A stretch of DNA of 64,000 bases from Octopus bimaculoides (taxonomy: Eukaryota), in NCBI RefSeq assembly GCF_001194135.2, contig NC_068985.1, forward strand, positions 55,247,557 through 55,311,556, in the 5' to 3' direction. Of this stretch, positions 1 to 13,311 are shown one piece after another. The first letter of the stretch is position 1; each line of letters opens with the position of its first letter. The position numbers and the translations under genes were made by a program. Below the pieces are notes generated by a model, which did not search any database, was not told where the DNA came from, and was given only the letters and a program-made list of their open reading frames with translations.

Positions 1-286
1 GAGCATAGTGAAACAAAATTGCACCTGCTAAAGCATACTTGTGGGTTCAATGCGTTTAAAATGTTTTCAATTATGGGTATGACTCAAATATTAACATAGC
101 TACCTGTGTATGACATTTAATGAGTTTAATCTGCCTTTTACTTGTTTTGGTTATTAGAGTGAAGCCATGCAGTATGACTGCAGTATGATTTTTTCTAAGC
201 CTATTGATCTCTTTTTGCTGAACTGCTATGTTTACAGGGACATTAACAAACAACTGTCAAGAAGTGGTCAGGAACAAACACAAAGA

Positions 287-319
<33 letters not shown>

Positions 320-470
320 GTATATACATACATATNNNNNNNNNNNNNNNNNNNNNNNNNNNNNNNNNNNNNNNNNNNNNNNNNNNNNNNNNNNNNNNNN
401 NNNNNNNNNNNNNNNNNNNNNNNNNNNNNNNNNNNTATATATATATATATATATATATATGTAAGAGAAG

Positions 471-729
471 AAAGTGAGAAAATATAAAGCTTCTGACAAT
501 GCAGAAAGTTTTACAAACTCTTTATATTTCAGGTGCAAAGGCCGATCATCAAAAGAAAAACAGCCAGGGAAATGTCCAGTTATGCAGGTTCCGTTAACCC
601 ATTCTGTTAACCTGCATGACTGGACATTTCCCTGACCGTTTTTCTTCTGCTGAAGATAGGTCTTTGCATCTGAAATATAAAGGTTTTGTAAAACTTTCTG
701 CATTGTCAGAAGCTTTCTATTTTCTCTTT
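471..729. repeat. Foldback inverted repeat: about 120-bp arms with an 18-nt spacer
   Basis: 481-590 is the reverse complement of 609-720 with scattered mismatches, also seen as paired ORF text (VKLSALSEA) on both strands. Confidence 0.9.
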
Positions 730-1953
730 TTTCCCTTCTTTGATATTACAATGCTTCAAGTAATCTACAACACTTATATATATGACAGGATATTTTCAGT
801 TGACCAAATTCACTCACAAGGCTTTGCCCTGTTGGAGCTATAGTAGAAGATACCTGCCAATGGTGCCATGCTGTAGGAAGTAAACTTCTTATCATGCAGC
901 CACACCTACACCTGAAAAAGTATTCACAATGTCTCTGGGTGGACGTTTATGTAAGAAATTTAGAGACGTTAGTATTATTCAGTACACAACCTAACTTGCC
1001 TCATATCACAGATAAATATATAAAAGACTATCAAGTTACACCAACATATACCTACTAATGAGATCAACTTATCAGTTAATTAGACACGTATATGGTATAA
1101 ACACACACATACATGAAGATCATACACACACAGACAACTACATAGACATGACTGGTCAAGAAGTTTGCTTCCAAACTACTTGGTTTCAAGTTCAATTCCG
1201 CTAATGTAAAATTTATTACGTTATCTTATTAAAAAAGGAGGTACCAAAAATTTCATGGCTAATTTTTTTTTTTTTTTTTGATGGTGTGAGAAATCTGATT
1301 TTTATTAGTAGGTGAATAACTTTTATAATCCCATGGTTACAAAGAGTTTAAGCAAATTGGATAGACTAAACTCCAAATATAACACATGCTTGGCAGCTAG
1401 TTCAATTAATAAATTACTGGTGCATTAAAAATGTTTTATTCAGTGCAACATACACTGCTTGCATGGGTCAAATGAGAATTTCTACAGCAGGATGCTCTTC
1501 TTGTCACCAAACCTCACCTGTTTCCAAGCAAGATAATATTTTCTCTTAGTCAGGATATGTTTTCATGAAGATTACAAACAAATGTCAGCACTTGTATGAC
1601 AGTGACACTTGTCTCACACACACACAACAGGTTCACTCACATTGTTTTGGTTGGTCTGGGGCTATAGTAGAAAGCATTTAACCAAGAGGTAGTGCAATGG
1701 GACTGTGCCTGACACCATGTGGTTGCAAAGTGAACTTAATCATACAGCCATGCCTGCACTTATGGAATATATCCATAAATTTTAGCCAACACTACATTTA
1801 GTATTTATTAATAGTAGATTTACAAGTTACAGGCAGTTAAAGAAGATCTTCCAAAAAGGAGCAAAGGGGTTGGGGGTCATATAAATCTCCTTTAACAACA
1901 AAAGAGACATTCACTAGATACATCAAGAAACTGTTATCAGTTTCTTGATGTAA

Positions 1954-2160
1954 AAGGCGGCAAGCTGGCAGAAACGTTGGCACGCTGGGCAAAATGCTAT
2001 GTTCTGAGTTCAAATTCTGCCGAGGTTGACTTTGCCTTTCATCCTTTCGGGGTCAATAAATTAAGTACCAGTTATGCACTAGGGTCAATGTAATCAACTT
2101 AATCCCTTTGTCTGTCCCCTCTATGGTTAGACCCTTGTGGGCAATAAAGAAATAAGAAAC
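1954..2160 (+). mobile_element. tRNA-derived SINE, family B
   Basis: aaggcggcaagctggcagaaacgttggc (A box) ... gagttcaaattc (B box). Related copies at about 27860-28090(-), 29370-29580(-), 49650-49790(-), 51555-51680 and 58104-58312. Confidence 0.85.
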
Positions 2161-2206
2161 TGCTATCAAACTCTCCTACAAAAAAAAAAAAAAATATGAA
2201 CATTAC

Positions 2207-2386
2207 ATAGCTAGGAACATTAAGCTTGATACAAATACTAGCCCTCACCATAACTGAAGATTTCTCCTCACAAACATCCACAACATTATTTAAACTTAGG
2301 ACACTGTCTAAATAAAAGATGTGTTGATTACAGCTGGAACAACTTTGATCATAGGTCTGTTGGATCAGTGCTGAACAACAGTTGTT
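2207..2386 (-). CDS. Candidate exon of an unidentified minus-strand gene: NNCCSALIQQTYDQSCSSCNQHIFYLDSVLSLNNVVDVCEEKSSVMVRASICIKLNVPSY
   Basis: Acceptor tttacttcctgtcag| and donor TAT|gtaatg. The 180-nt exon lies in the open frame of ORF 2099..2404 and is phase-0 compatible with the 5409-5532 candidate. Confidence 0.3.
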
Positions 2387-3569
2387 CTGACAGGAAGTAA
2401 ACATGCATCCTAGTCATGTTTGTATGAAAAAATAAATTCAAAATAGTCTCAGAAAGAAAGAAATAGAAACTCACATTAAAGAAATTGAAACAATATTGTA
2501 ATTAAGTTACTTAATAAGAGCTGAATTAGTAGCCCAGAAATGAAAATATTACTACTGAATTAGTAGTCCAGAAATAAAAATACAGTCTCCTTCTAGGTGA
2601 CAGAAATAATTAAAAGACTGTAATGCTGTTTTAATAAACTATAAAACTAAATGCTGTAACTGTGTTTATTAAAAGTACTTGCCAACTTGCTTCAGCATGT
2701 ATTGCAATTAATTGAAGTAGCAACAATAGGATATAGGAGAGAATATTACAGAGCACATGGGAGAAGAGCTGAATAACTTGAAATTAGAATCAATAAAGGA
2801 TTTGAGATTTATATGAGGTTCTTTGTTGGTGTTATTAAAGAGAAATTAATCCAGTAGTGACTACTGAGAGTAATCTCTTATCCCATGTGTAGGAAACAAG
2901 TTTAAACATATATCATTGTAGCTCACAATTTTTCATTCTTTTTAAAATTCTAATACACAAAACTATCCATTCTTTATGTAATATAAAAATCCTTGACAAT
3001 AGAAGATAATTAACTCAATTAAATGCTAATAGAGAGGAAAATTTAAAAACACAATCTCTAAAGCAACTACTATGATGTTATATTTACCTCTAAATATATA
3101 TATATAAACTAAATTTCCATACCAACAAGGGAGACATTTTACAATCATTTGACCTGCTAGAAATAGCAGCCAGAACGTTCAGAAAATACACCCAACTTCA
3201 ACAGCTTAAAAAAGAAGGAAGCTGAAGAAGTTTGTGTATTTTCCAAAGTAAAAAAGATTCAAATTGAAATTCCATCTAATAAATTAGGCAACTTGGTTCA
3301 TGAACAATACCAGTCATTTCTTACTTTCATAATTAGTTCTAACAGAGGCACATGGTCACAAATTTAGAGCTAAGTGTTAGTCAGTAAGACTCAAATATAG
3401 GAAAAACTGAAACTCTAAAAAATATGATCACTAAAGAAAACCAAACAACAGAAGCTATTCATTTAAATGCTAGCCTAGACAGATCTACAGGATCATAAAA
3501 TACTGATTATATATATAGATACACACATATATATACATATATATAAATATATATATGTGGATGAATTTG

Positions 3570-3815
3570 CAAAGTTAGTTAGTGATGAACATGTGTACAA
3601 TGCTGATGACACTGCCTTGTTTTTGGAGATGTACGCTAAAAAGAACTCTGACAACTAAGAATGCAGATTCATCATCCAGGTTTAAAGCTTTGAAGGATCA
3701 CATCCTGGTAATGTGCTGCTCTAATGCTGTGGGTACCCAAGTTGCTTGTTATCAGGAAAAGTTTACATCTGAGGGCCTTCAAGGGAATGACAAAATTTCC
3801 TATCCATTACCATGA
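3570..3815 (+). mobile_element. Tigger/pogo DDE_1 transposase fragment
   Basis: Joining ORFs 3582 and 3724 gives YNADDTALFWRC..KRTL...KALKD.I.VMCCSNA.G..KLLVI.KS..PRAFKG. Confidence 0.8.
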
Positions 3816-4725
3816 TCTCAGGTTTAGACCCATTGCATGGGAACTTGGACAAGTATCTTCCACCTTCTACTACAGCCATAGGCTGAGCAAAGTATTGCGA
3901 GTGGATTTGCTAGACAGAAACTGAAAGCCTCGCGCACGCACACATGTGTGGACCCTTATCTTTGCATCATGTGATGGCTGGAAATGAGCATCACCATTGT
4001 ACAAACAATGTCCTTTTCTAGTCTTCTGTGAAAAACATGTCTAGCAACAGGAAATATTACATTACTTGGAAACAAATGAGGGTTGATGACAAGGGCATCC
4101 AGTCATAGAAAATTTGCCTCAATAAACTCCACCTAACCTATGCAAGCATGAAAAAGTGGATGTTAAATGATGATAATAATATATATATATATACACAGAT
4201 AAAATCTAAAAGGAAAGTGGGAAGGCAGTTCCTACAACCCTTTACAGGGCTTCCAAGACTGCAGGAAGACCTCCTGAAACTAGGGACCTAGTCCAAATGC
4301 TTGCAATATAACACTTAAGGTGCCAAGAGGTGGTGTTAAACTTGATGATAAAATAAATCTACCACCCAAATAGGCTATGGCAGGATTTGAACTCAGAACT
4401 CAAAAGCCAGAGGAAATACCACAATGCATCCAATTCAACATTCTTATAGTTTCACCAATCCACCACTCTGAATTGGTACTTTTTCTGAATTGGTACTGTG
4501 CTCTGAATTCAGAGCACAGCAAATAAGAATACTTTCTTTATTTCATTCATTCATTCATTCATTCATTCATTCATTCAATGTATGTATGCATGCATGCATG
4601 TCATTATTCAGTTTATTTCAAAATTTCTTACCAATAGAGGAAAAACTGGCTTCTAACCTAGATGCAAGGCTCCTTCATTGGAATTTCAACGTCAACAACA
4701 AGGTATGTATGTATGTATGTATGTA

Positions 4726-4771
<46 letters not shown>

Positions 4772-5408
4772 CATGCATGCATGCATACATATGCAGTTGT
4801 ATATAGATGATTGAAGATGGGATGTACACATTTGATGTACTTCTTTATTTGTTTATGTTGTTGACAATGAACCTTTTGTATCTGGTATTCTCATAGGTTC
4901 TAAGTTGTCCTTTACTGAAATCCTAGTTCTTGTCAGATTAAACCCTTTAGCAATTAAACTGGCCATATTCTGCCCAAATGTTCTTTTTTTTTTTTAATGT
5001 TAAAACTGTCCAGATCCAGAATCTCACACCTACCCTACAATATCATTCTAAAAATACACAGTCACATCAAAGAAATCATGAGGCTACAAGATAATGCATG
5101 ATTAATTCAAAATAATGTGAATAAATAGATATTACATTTATTCAGAGAATCTTGGCTTCTTGGTCTAATCGGATTTTGGTGTACATATAATACATTGTAT
5201 GATTATCTCACATTGTGAGGGTTGCACTTGTTTAGGTGTTTATAGTTTTGTGGAAGTTTTGCTGCATATGTAAAAGAAAATTGTGCATAAAGATTATTGT
5301 TTAACAAGGAGAGATTAATAGATAAAGTATAATTTTTGCTCTTTGTGACCAGTGATGGTTTCAAGTACAGTTCTGCAAGATAACAAATATTTGTTTATTT
5401 TCTCTTAC

Positions 5409-5532
5409 ACCTATACTCCATACATTTGCAGCAATTAAACTGTGACCCACTTCATGATACACATTTACAGCTAAGTGTCCCCTGTTAAACCAGATAGCAT
5501 CTGTGTCGGTGATAAGACACGAAACATTAACC
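5409..5532 (-). CDS. Candidate exon of an unidentified minus-strand gene: VNVSCLITDTDAIWFNRGHLAVNVYHEVGHSLIAANVWSIG
   Basis: Acceptor cttcctctctttcggcag| and donor GGT|gtaaga. Only one frame is open across the 124 nt. No family recognised. Confidence 0.3.
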
Positions 5533-8500
5533 CTGCCGAAAGAGAGGAAGTCAATACACTACTAGATCAGTCAATCAATGATAAGAAACTATATTTAGAC
5601 ATGATCAAAACCAGGAAAATAACTTGATTTGCTTTTGTCCCTAGAAAATATTAACAGTTTGCTACCAGGCTAGATTAAGAATCAATAAACAGAGTGAGTT
5701 GTATAATGACACATATTGATTTCTGAAATAAATACAAAGTCATAAATTTTAGAGGAGTATGATCGATGAAACCAAACTAGTATTTGACTGGTACTAACAT
5801 CAATTTGGTGGGATTTAAGTTCACAACATAAAGGGACATAACTAAATATGGCAAAACTTTAGTACTCTATTACATCTTCACTATTTGTGAAGTGGAACAT
5901 AGATTAAAAGATTCAAGACTCAAAATGATAAATCTTGATTTATTTGAATAAAAAATTAAAAAAAGTGAGCCATAAGTGGAAAAGTCATCAGAGTTTTTAA
6001 ACTATTTATTCATTTGACTGTGACCATGATGGAGCACCACCTTAAAGGGATTTTAGTCAGAGAAATCAATACCAGAATGAATTCTTTGTAAGCCTAGTAC
6101 TTATTCTATCGGTCTCTTTTGTTGAACTGCTAAGTTATGGGGACATAAACATATCAACATCAGTAATCAAGCGATGGTGGGGAGACAAACACAAACACAT
6201 ATACTCACATAAATATATACACATATAGATATATATACATATATATATATATACATTCGACAGGCTTCTTTCAGTTTCCATCTACCAAACCCACTCACAA
6301 GGCTTTGTGTGGCTCAAGGCTATAGTAGAAAACACTTGCCCAAGATTGGAAAGCAAGCTTCTTACCATGCAGCCACGCCTGCACCTATCTTCAGTAAATT
6401 AAAATATTTGAGCTATTTCAACACATTGTAGACATTCCTTGATTAAAGTGTTTCGAACTAGGCAACAGATACTCCTTTCTCATATTTCATTACAAGGAAA
6501 AATTTCCATTAGATGGCCATCATTTTAACTGCAGCCATCAACTGGAATATACCCATGAGTGTGCATGTGTGTATTACCACTGTTTTAATACCCTCTTTTC
6601 CATGCTTGCATGCGTAACATAAAATTTGTTGAGGCAAATCTATGGCCAGATGTCCTTCCTATCACCAACTCTCACCTATTTTTAAGATCATATTTCCCCC
6701 ATAACCAGACAGTTCAAACTTGTGTTGATAATTTAGGTGCATACTTTGATTAACTACACTGCTTTTTGTTAAGATAAAGTAAAATATACTTTCAGTTCAA
6801 AATCAGACATTTCAGTCTTAAAGATCTGATATATTTCATCTTTTATCTTTAACTTGATTCAATCACTGGAAAGCTTTTTAGTTAAATGAATTCATTCCAG
6901 TATTTATTCTACCAGTCTCCTTTGCTGAACCACTAAGTCATGGAAATGGAAACTAACCAGCACCAGCTGTCAAGCAATATGGGGAGACAAAGAAACACAT
7001 ACATAGATCTATATACATATATAAATTGGGCTTCCTTCAGGTTTCCGCTTATCAAATCCACTCACAAGGCTTTGGTCGACCCAGGGTTAAAGGAGCTGAG
7101 AAGACACTTGCTAAAGGTGCCACTCAGTAAGACTAATCCTGGAACCATGTGATTGGATAACAAACTTCTTACCATACAATTACACCTGCACCTATGTATG
7201 TATGTATGTGTGCATGACGGAGCAAACAAAACTAAATACATGAGTATACAATTCTTTAATTGATTGGTTAAATGAAAAGTTACAAAAGTAATTACTGAAG
7301 GACCAAGATTTTCATGTAACTTTTGAGCTGATTAATACATAGACACACACATTCATGTATTGAGTTCTATTTCTCCTATCTATTCCAGTGACTCTGTCCA
7401 GTTATTTGATGAGCTTTATCTACCAACTTTAATACCGTAATCCAGTGTGGAACAATATCCCATATCCTGTGTGTACATGTACACACATACATATATATAT
7501 ATGGCTGCCACATCTTACATGCTTTGGTTTAAAATAGGACATCACAAACTTGGTCTTTCTTCTTCTTCCTCTTCAAATGAATTGTATCAGTAGCTCATGT
7601 ATCATATTGATCCTACACAAGAACTACACTGAGGGTAGACAGCTTTAGAATGTTCACCTACTTACACAGTAATTCAGTTGATTGAACAACTGAATCCTCA
7701 CTGTTGAAGCTGACAGAGAATCATTTATATCAAGAAAATCCTTTCATTCTTACAAAATATCAAAACAGCTGTTCTGAAGAACATCTCCCTCTCACACACA
7801 TACTCATTTTACCCTCTCTCTCAAATACACCAAATTAAATCAGTCTAAATTAATTTTATGTAAATATCACACCCTAATTACCTTGAACTGAAATTTAATC
7901 TGTCTCTTTACATTCTGATTTCAAAGTTGATAAAATACCAGTCACATAATGGTTGATGGCATCAACTAACACCCTCCCTTTAAATTTGCTAGTCAACTGC
8001 TTAAATCAAAAACCATTATCTTGGGTTAAAATAGAATTCATGCTCCAAATATCAAGCTAAAAGTCTAGCAAGTTAAAACATAAAAAACAAGAAACCTGTG
8101 AGTCCAACATGTTTATTTCTGTGATCATCAACTGTGGTTACTGTCACGTTATAACAGAGTAGAACACATCTATAAATAATATCTCTAAGACTGTTAGGAG
8201 TTCTATAAAAGCAAGTGCTTAGCCCTGGCTTCACATCAAAATGTAGATAGGAAATAAACCCATTCCTGGATGGCATATCAATCTATTGCAATTGACATTC
8301 CTAGAAAATCTCAGTACATTGGGATGGTGATGTAAAGTTAAATGTTGAATCCAGTGACAATAAATTTGCCTGCAGTGGATTTGAACTAACTCTTAGTTGG
8401 CAATCCTATGCTTTACCTACTTTGCAACTTCACAACCTGTTTTCTTTTGAATACAAATGCATATCATATATATTTTCAGTACATTATATGTCAACAAATA

Positions 8501-9484
8501 CAAGGGAGTGTATATGGCAGTGGCATAGCTAGGGTGTGTCATGCCTGGGATATCCCTTGAACATGCCATTCCAACCAGCCCCCAAGGCTCCTATACAGGA
8601 TTATACTGNNNNNNNNNNNNNNNNNNNNNNNNNNNNNNNNNNNNNNNNNNNNNNNNNNNNNNNCCACCAGCAACACTACTGATATATGGCCAATACATGA
8701 AGAATTAATGTAACTGCTTCAGTATTTCACTTTTGAGTTCAAATATTCTGCTGTGGAGAACATTGTTTTTAACCTCCAAAAACTGATAAAATATGTACTA
8801 GTAATACACTAAGTCTATTCAGTCAGTCCCCTCACACAAAGGAAATATTTGTGCCTAATCGTAAGAAATTAATACAACTAATAAAAAATACTAACAGCAG
8901 CACATCACACTCTTGTAAAATTAACATAACACAACCTAGAGTTACAAAGTTTTATGATTTCATTTAAGGCACTGCCATTTCTGAAGAGAAAGCATTCTTC
9001 AGTGAGATGAAGGGAATAATAAACTATTTTTAGAATAGAGCTTTTCAAAGGATCAGCAAAATGAGGGCAGATCCTTTAAATAACTATACAAGGATAACGG
9101 GAGGGGGGCAGCAGGGAGGGGAGAATAGAAACTCTTTCTACCAAACTAACCAACAAGCAATATCAATTAACATTCTAAATAAAGTGGATAAGTCTGGTGA
9201 TATTTACCTCAACACTTATGATCACAACCCCTCCCTTTTATGAATAGCTTCGCTTTTCCTTTTCACAATATGGATGACAAGCATTGGGATATTCAGGCCA
9301 TTCATAATGCACAAGCAAAACAACTTTTGTAGTATCAGCTGGACAAGAAAAAAATCAAATAAAAACCCGATAACTCGTCAGTAAAGTGTTTCTCAGTTCA
9401 GTTTTACTTCACAGTTGATAGATTGTTTTATAGATTTGACTTTATATATATATTTACCATGAAGAGTTTTCTCATAGTATTAGT

Positions 9485-11860
9485 GCATCTGGCATTGAGG
9501 TGTATAACTTTGCACTTTTTCAATCTCTCACACAACTCGTTGACTTTCCTACACGCATTCCTGATCATGATGACCAATCTTTCTCCCTTCTTGATCTCTT
9601 TTCTGCATCAAATCCTGATATCTGTAAGGTTTGTCATGATTCTCCACTCAGGGGATCTGATCATGTTGTTTCAGTTGACATTTCACTGAATTGTTCTGCT
9701 GCCAAGGAGTCCCCAATTCATTGTACTCTATTCAGCTATGATCATGGTGACTGGGACAATTTTCATGACTTACTTTGTAATGTTCCTTGGACCGATATTT
9801 TTGCTAAATCTGTTGAGGCCTGTGCCGGGGAAGTTACTACTTGGATTTCCACTGGTATTAACACTTTCATACCATCTTGCAAATACCAGCTGAAACCGCA
9901 TTCCTCACCCTGGTTTTCTCCTGCTTGTGCTGCTGCTATTGCTCATTGTAATCATTTTTTTCCACCAGTTTCAGTGAAATAATTCTGCAGTGAATAAACA
10001 GCTTTTCTACAATGCTTGCAATCACTGTAGGGTTGTCATTCGTGATGCTAAATCAGACTATGAGCAGTACATTCATGATCATATATCATCCCAGAAAGTA
10101 GAATTATTAAAAGTGTTAGAGGTAACACTAAGTCTTCTATTCCTCCTTTATTCAATGAACCTGAGGTCTTGACAACATCTAATGATAAAGCAGAGCTCTT
10201 TGCCCAACTGCTTAGGTCTCACACTATTCTCGATGACTCTGGTCATCCACTTCCTGATGTTTTTCTCAAAACTGATAAACTGTTACACAGTTGTCATATT
10301 ACTTCTGCTAAGGTTGCGGCCATTGTGGCATGGTTGGATCCATGTAAAGTAACTGAACCTGGTGGTATTCCAGTCATTGTTCTTCAGAAGTGCTCTCCTG
10401 AGTTGTCTTCTGTCTTATCTAGGCTCTTCCGAAAGTGTATCGCAGAACTTTGTTTTCCTTCTTCATGGAAATTCTCAACTATTGTTCCTGTCTTTAAGAA
10501 CTGTGGGGAACAATCTAATCCTCATAATTATAGATCAATTAGTCTCCTACCAATCATCAGTAAGGTGTTTGAGTCCTTGATTAATGACTCTCTTGTAAAA
10601 TATATTGACTCAAATCGTTTATTCTCCAGCTCTCAATATGGTTTCCATGCCAGACAGTCTATTGCTGATCTTCTCACTGTTATATCTGAGCGTGTTTATT
10701 GTGTCTTGAATGAATCTGGTCAAGCTAGGGCAGTTGCTCTTGATATCTCTAAGGCATTTGATAGGGTTTGGCATGCTGGACTTTTATGGAAGCTCCAATC
10801 CTTTGGTGTATCAGGTTTCATGCTGAACATTAGCTTTTCTTTCCTTTATGACTGTAGGATCAAGGTGGTTTTTGATGGTCAATCTTCATCTAGTTATTCT
10901 ATTAATGCTGAGGTTCAAGAATCTGTCCTGGGCCTAACTCTCTTTCATCTTTTTATCAATAATCTGCCTGATCATATCATCTGTCAGCTAGTAATCTATG
11001 CTGATGATTCTTTGTACATTTCTTTGGACAAATCTGACGACTTGTCTGATAAGGTTGAGATTGCTGCTAACCATGAAAATGATCTTCAATCTATTGCTGA
11101 ATGGGGTAGGAAATGGTTTGTAACATCCAATTCATTGAAAACTAAACTTCTTTCAATCAACAACTTCAGACATCCTTTCTTGCCATCAGTTTTGATGGAT
11201 GATATTGACTTACCTGAGCGTCATTCTCATCTCCTGGGAGTGACTTTCTGTAATGATTTTTCTTGGAGGACTTACATTGAATCTATTGCCAATTTGGCTG
11301 CAATGAAGTTAGTCTCACTCCTTCATTTGAGGAGTTATCTCATTCCTGAGACTATTCTTTATAAGTCCACCATTCACCTCTGCACTGAGTACTGTAGGTG
11401 CTCCTGTAGATTGGTTAACTCTGTTGGACCACATTCAACGCCATATTTGTAATGCTATTGGTCCTGATCTATCTTCTAAATTGGATTCACTCTCTCATCA
11501 TCGTTGTGTGACTTCCTTGTCTCTTTTCTATAAGTATTTCCATGGACATTGTTCAGCTGAGCTCCCTTCTCTGGTTCCTCCTTTAAGAACTTATCAGCGG
11601 TCAACTAGACTTGCATCCAGTTCTCATCAATATACTGTGCAAGTGTTGTAAAGCACTTTACAGTACCAGTTTCTTCCCTCATACCTCTGAATTTTGGAAT
11701 TCCCTTCCACAGTCTTGTTTTCTTCTTCAATATGACCTCCAGTCTTTTAAGTTTAATGTACATCATCACCTATTGACTTCTGTCTAGCATCCATTTTATT
11801 CTAGCAGCTCTTACATTTTCAGTGGTCTAAGGACCTTGTAATGAGCGAATGTTTTAAATA
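9485..11860 (+). mobile_element. Decayed CR1/L2-group non-LTR retrotransposon (APE endonuclease C-terminus plus RT), 5'-truncated
   Basis: ORFs 9500..9982 and 10169..11452 carry TRIPD..LLDLF, SDH, PHSSPWF, NYRSISLL, SQYGF, ALDISKAFDRVWH and YADD, with frameshifts and substitutions. Confidence 0.92.
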
Positions 11861-12408
11861 TATATACATAGTTCAAATTTACAGAAAAACAAGACGAAAA
11901 CAAGAGTAGGAACAACAAGCAGGTGTATTAGTCTAACGCTTGGGAAAAATAGAAAAGTATTTTATGTTTCGAAAAAAAGGAATAAGAGGGAAAAAAATGG
12001 AGAGAGAAAAAACAGTGTAGAGTTCAGTGGTCCAACACGGCGTATATATATATATTTATCAAGAGAGAGTACGTGTGGTGATGTTGGACTTATTTTGCTA
12101 TACTGAATAGCAAAATAAGTCAAACATCACCACACACACCTCCTTTCCCATATAACTACCATTCCTTCCTCTCTTTCCATTACCTCCCCCTCCTCCCCAC
12201 CAAATACACATAGAAATACCCACATAACCAACCATCACACTGGTCAAAAGGGATAAACATCCATTAATGTTATGTTGCCTGAAGAAATGAATCCATAACA
12301 AAGATCTACCTGATGTTCAAGGATACTACAGACTACACTGTAAACGCCCCAAGAATACAGATTGTGATCTTAAGAGACAAGTGATTTGTAGAAACGGGTG
12401 TAGCAGTG

Positions 12409-13070
12409 TGTAGTGGATTTGATCCTCAATAGCCAAATTTCAATTAACAGTTCGACAGCACTTTTCTCACGGTAAAACAATAGTTTTTCTGTGAGTGACA
12501 GCAATTACATTTGCCAGGTGCCTTCGCTAAGCAGAATAACGTCTTTACCACTTGGCCCTTCTAACCTCTTCTAGGTCACCAAAAGCTAGAACAGAGATAA
12601 CAGACCGCCAGCGAAATCTATTGTTCTCAACATTATGTCCATCTTTCTAATTAGTTTTGGACAGTTTCCCTAAATGCTTTGTTTTGTCCTTGTGCTGTCA
12701 CCTCTACGTTAACCATGTATTGGCAAATAAATTAGTGAACGGACAACTAGAGTCATAGTCACAAGCAAGCAGCCGCTAAAGACAAACGGCCAGAAGGAGA
12801 AAGGATACAACTATGAGACAACTTCCCTCGACTTTATAACTTTCACTAACTCACTTTCTTTTCTCTGTAACATTACCATCTCTCTATATATATAGTACTA
12901 TGAGATCGTGTACACACCCCGGCCGAAATTAACTCTTTTTACCTCGCATGCTTTTCCATTTACTAATTATACATACCAGCCCATCGTGGTTTTGGATATA
13001 TACAAAGTAACGGTATATAAAAATATCTTTACAACTTCAATCACTGTTCTTTCATCATCCACATCTTACA
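12409..13070. repeat. Unclassified ~650-bp dispersed repeat; diverged second copy at about 19313-19945; possibly a solo LTR
   Basis: Collinear similarity between copies (ccaaaagctagaa.agagataac, aagatcgtgtacac, caacttcaatcactgttc..catcttacaac). Ends TGTAG...TTACA, but no TSD seen. Confidence 0.6.
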
Positions 13071-13311
13071 ACATGGCATTGCAATAAAACTTAACCGTTA
13101 CAGGTGCATTAATATAGTTATAAATTTCATCCAAGGATTATTGTTATTATTACTATATTTATACTACATTATATTGGTACCGCTTGATGCAACCCCCAAA
13201 ACTGGTTCACCAGTTGGCATCATTAGACTGTGGCTAGCATAATGGAATAGGAGTTTTATCAAGCATATTCAAATGGTTTCCCATAAGCAAATTTAAATTA
13301 AAGATTATATA

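Noticed and set aside
1954-2030. tRNA-like A/B boxes, here and in other SINE heads
   Set aside because: No complete cloverleaf or acceptor stem; these are SINE heads, not tRNA genes.
7666-7709. 44-nt minus-strand micro-exon candidate with a gtaagt donor
   Set aside because: It could not be joined in phase to the 5532 candidate without an additional exon, and is too short to assess.
8518-8681. hAT-like terminus cagtggcatagctaggg
   Set aside because: Interrupted by an N gap; the partner TIR and 8-bp TSD cannot be verified.
9208-9338. Minus-strand segment with an excellent acceptor and donor (VVLLVHYEWPEYPNACHPYCEK...)
   Set aside because: All three frames contain stops between the splice sites, so it cannot be an internal coding exon. 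It could still be non-coding or terminal, but is unsupported.
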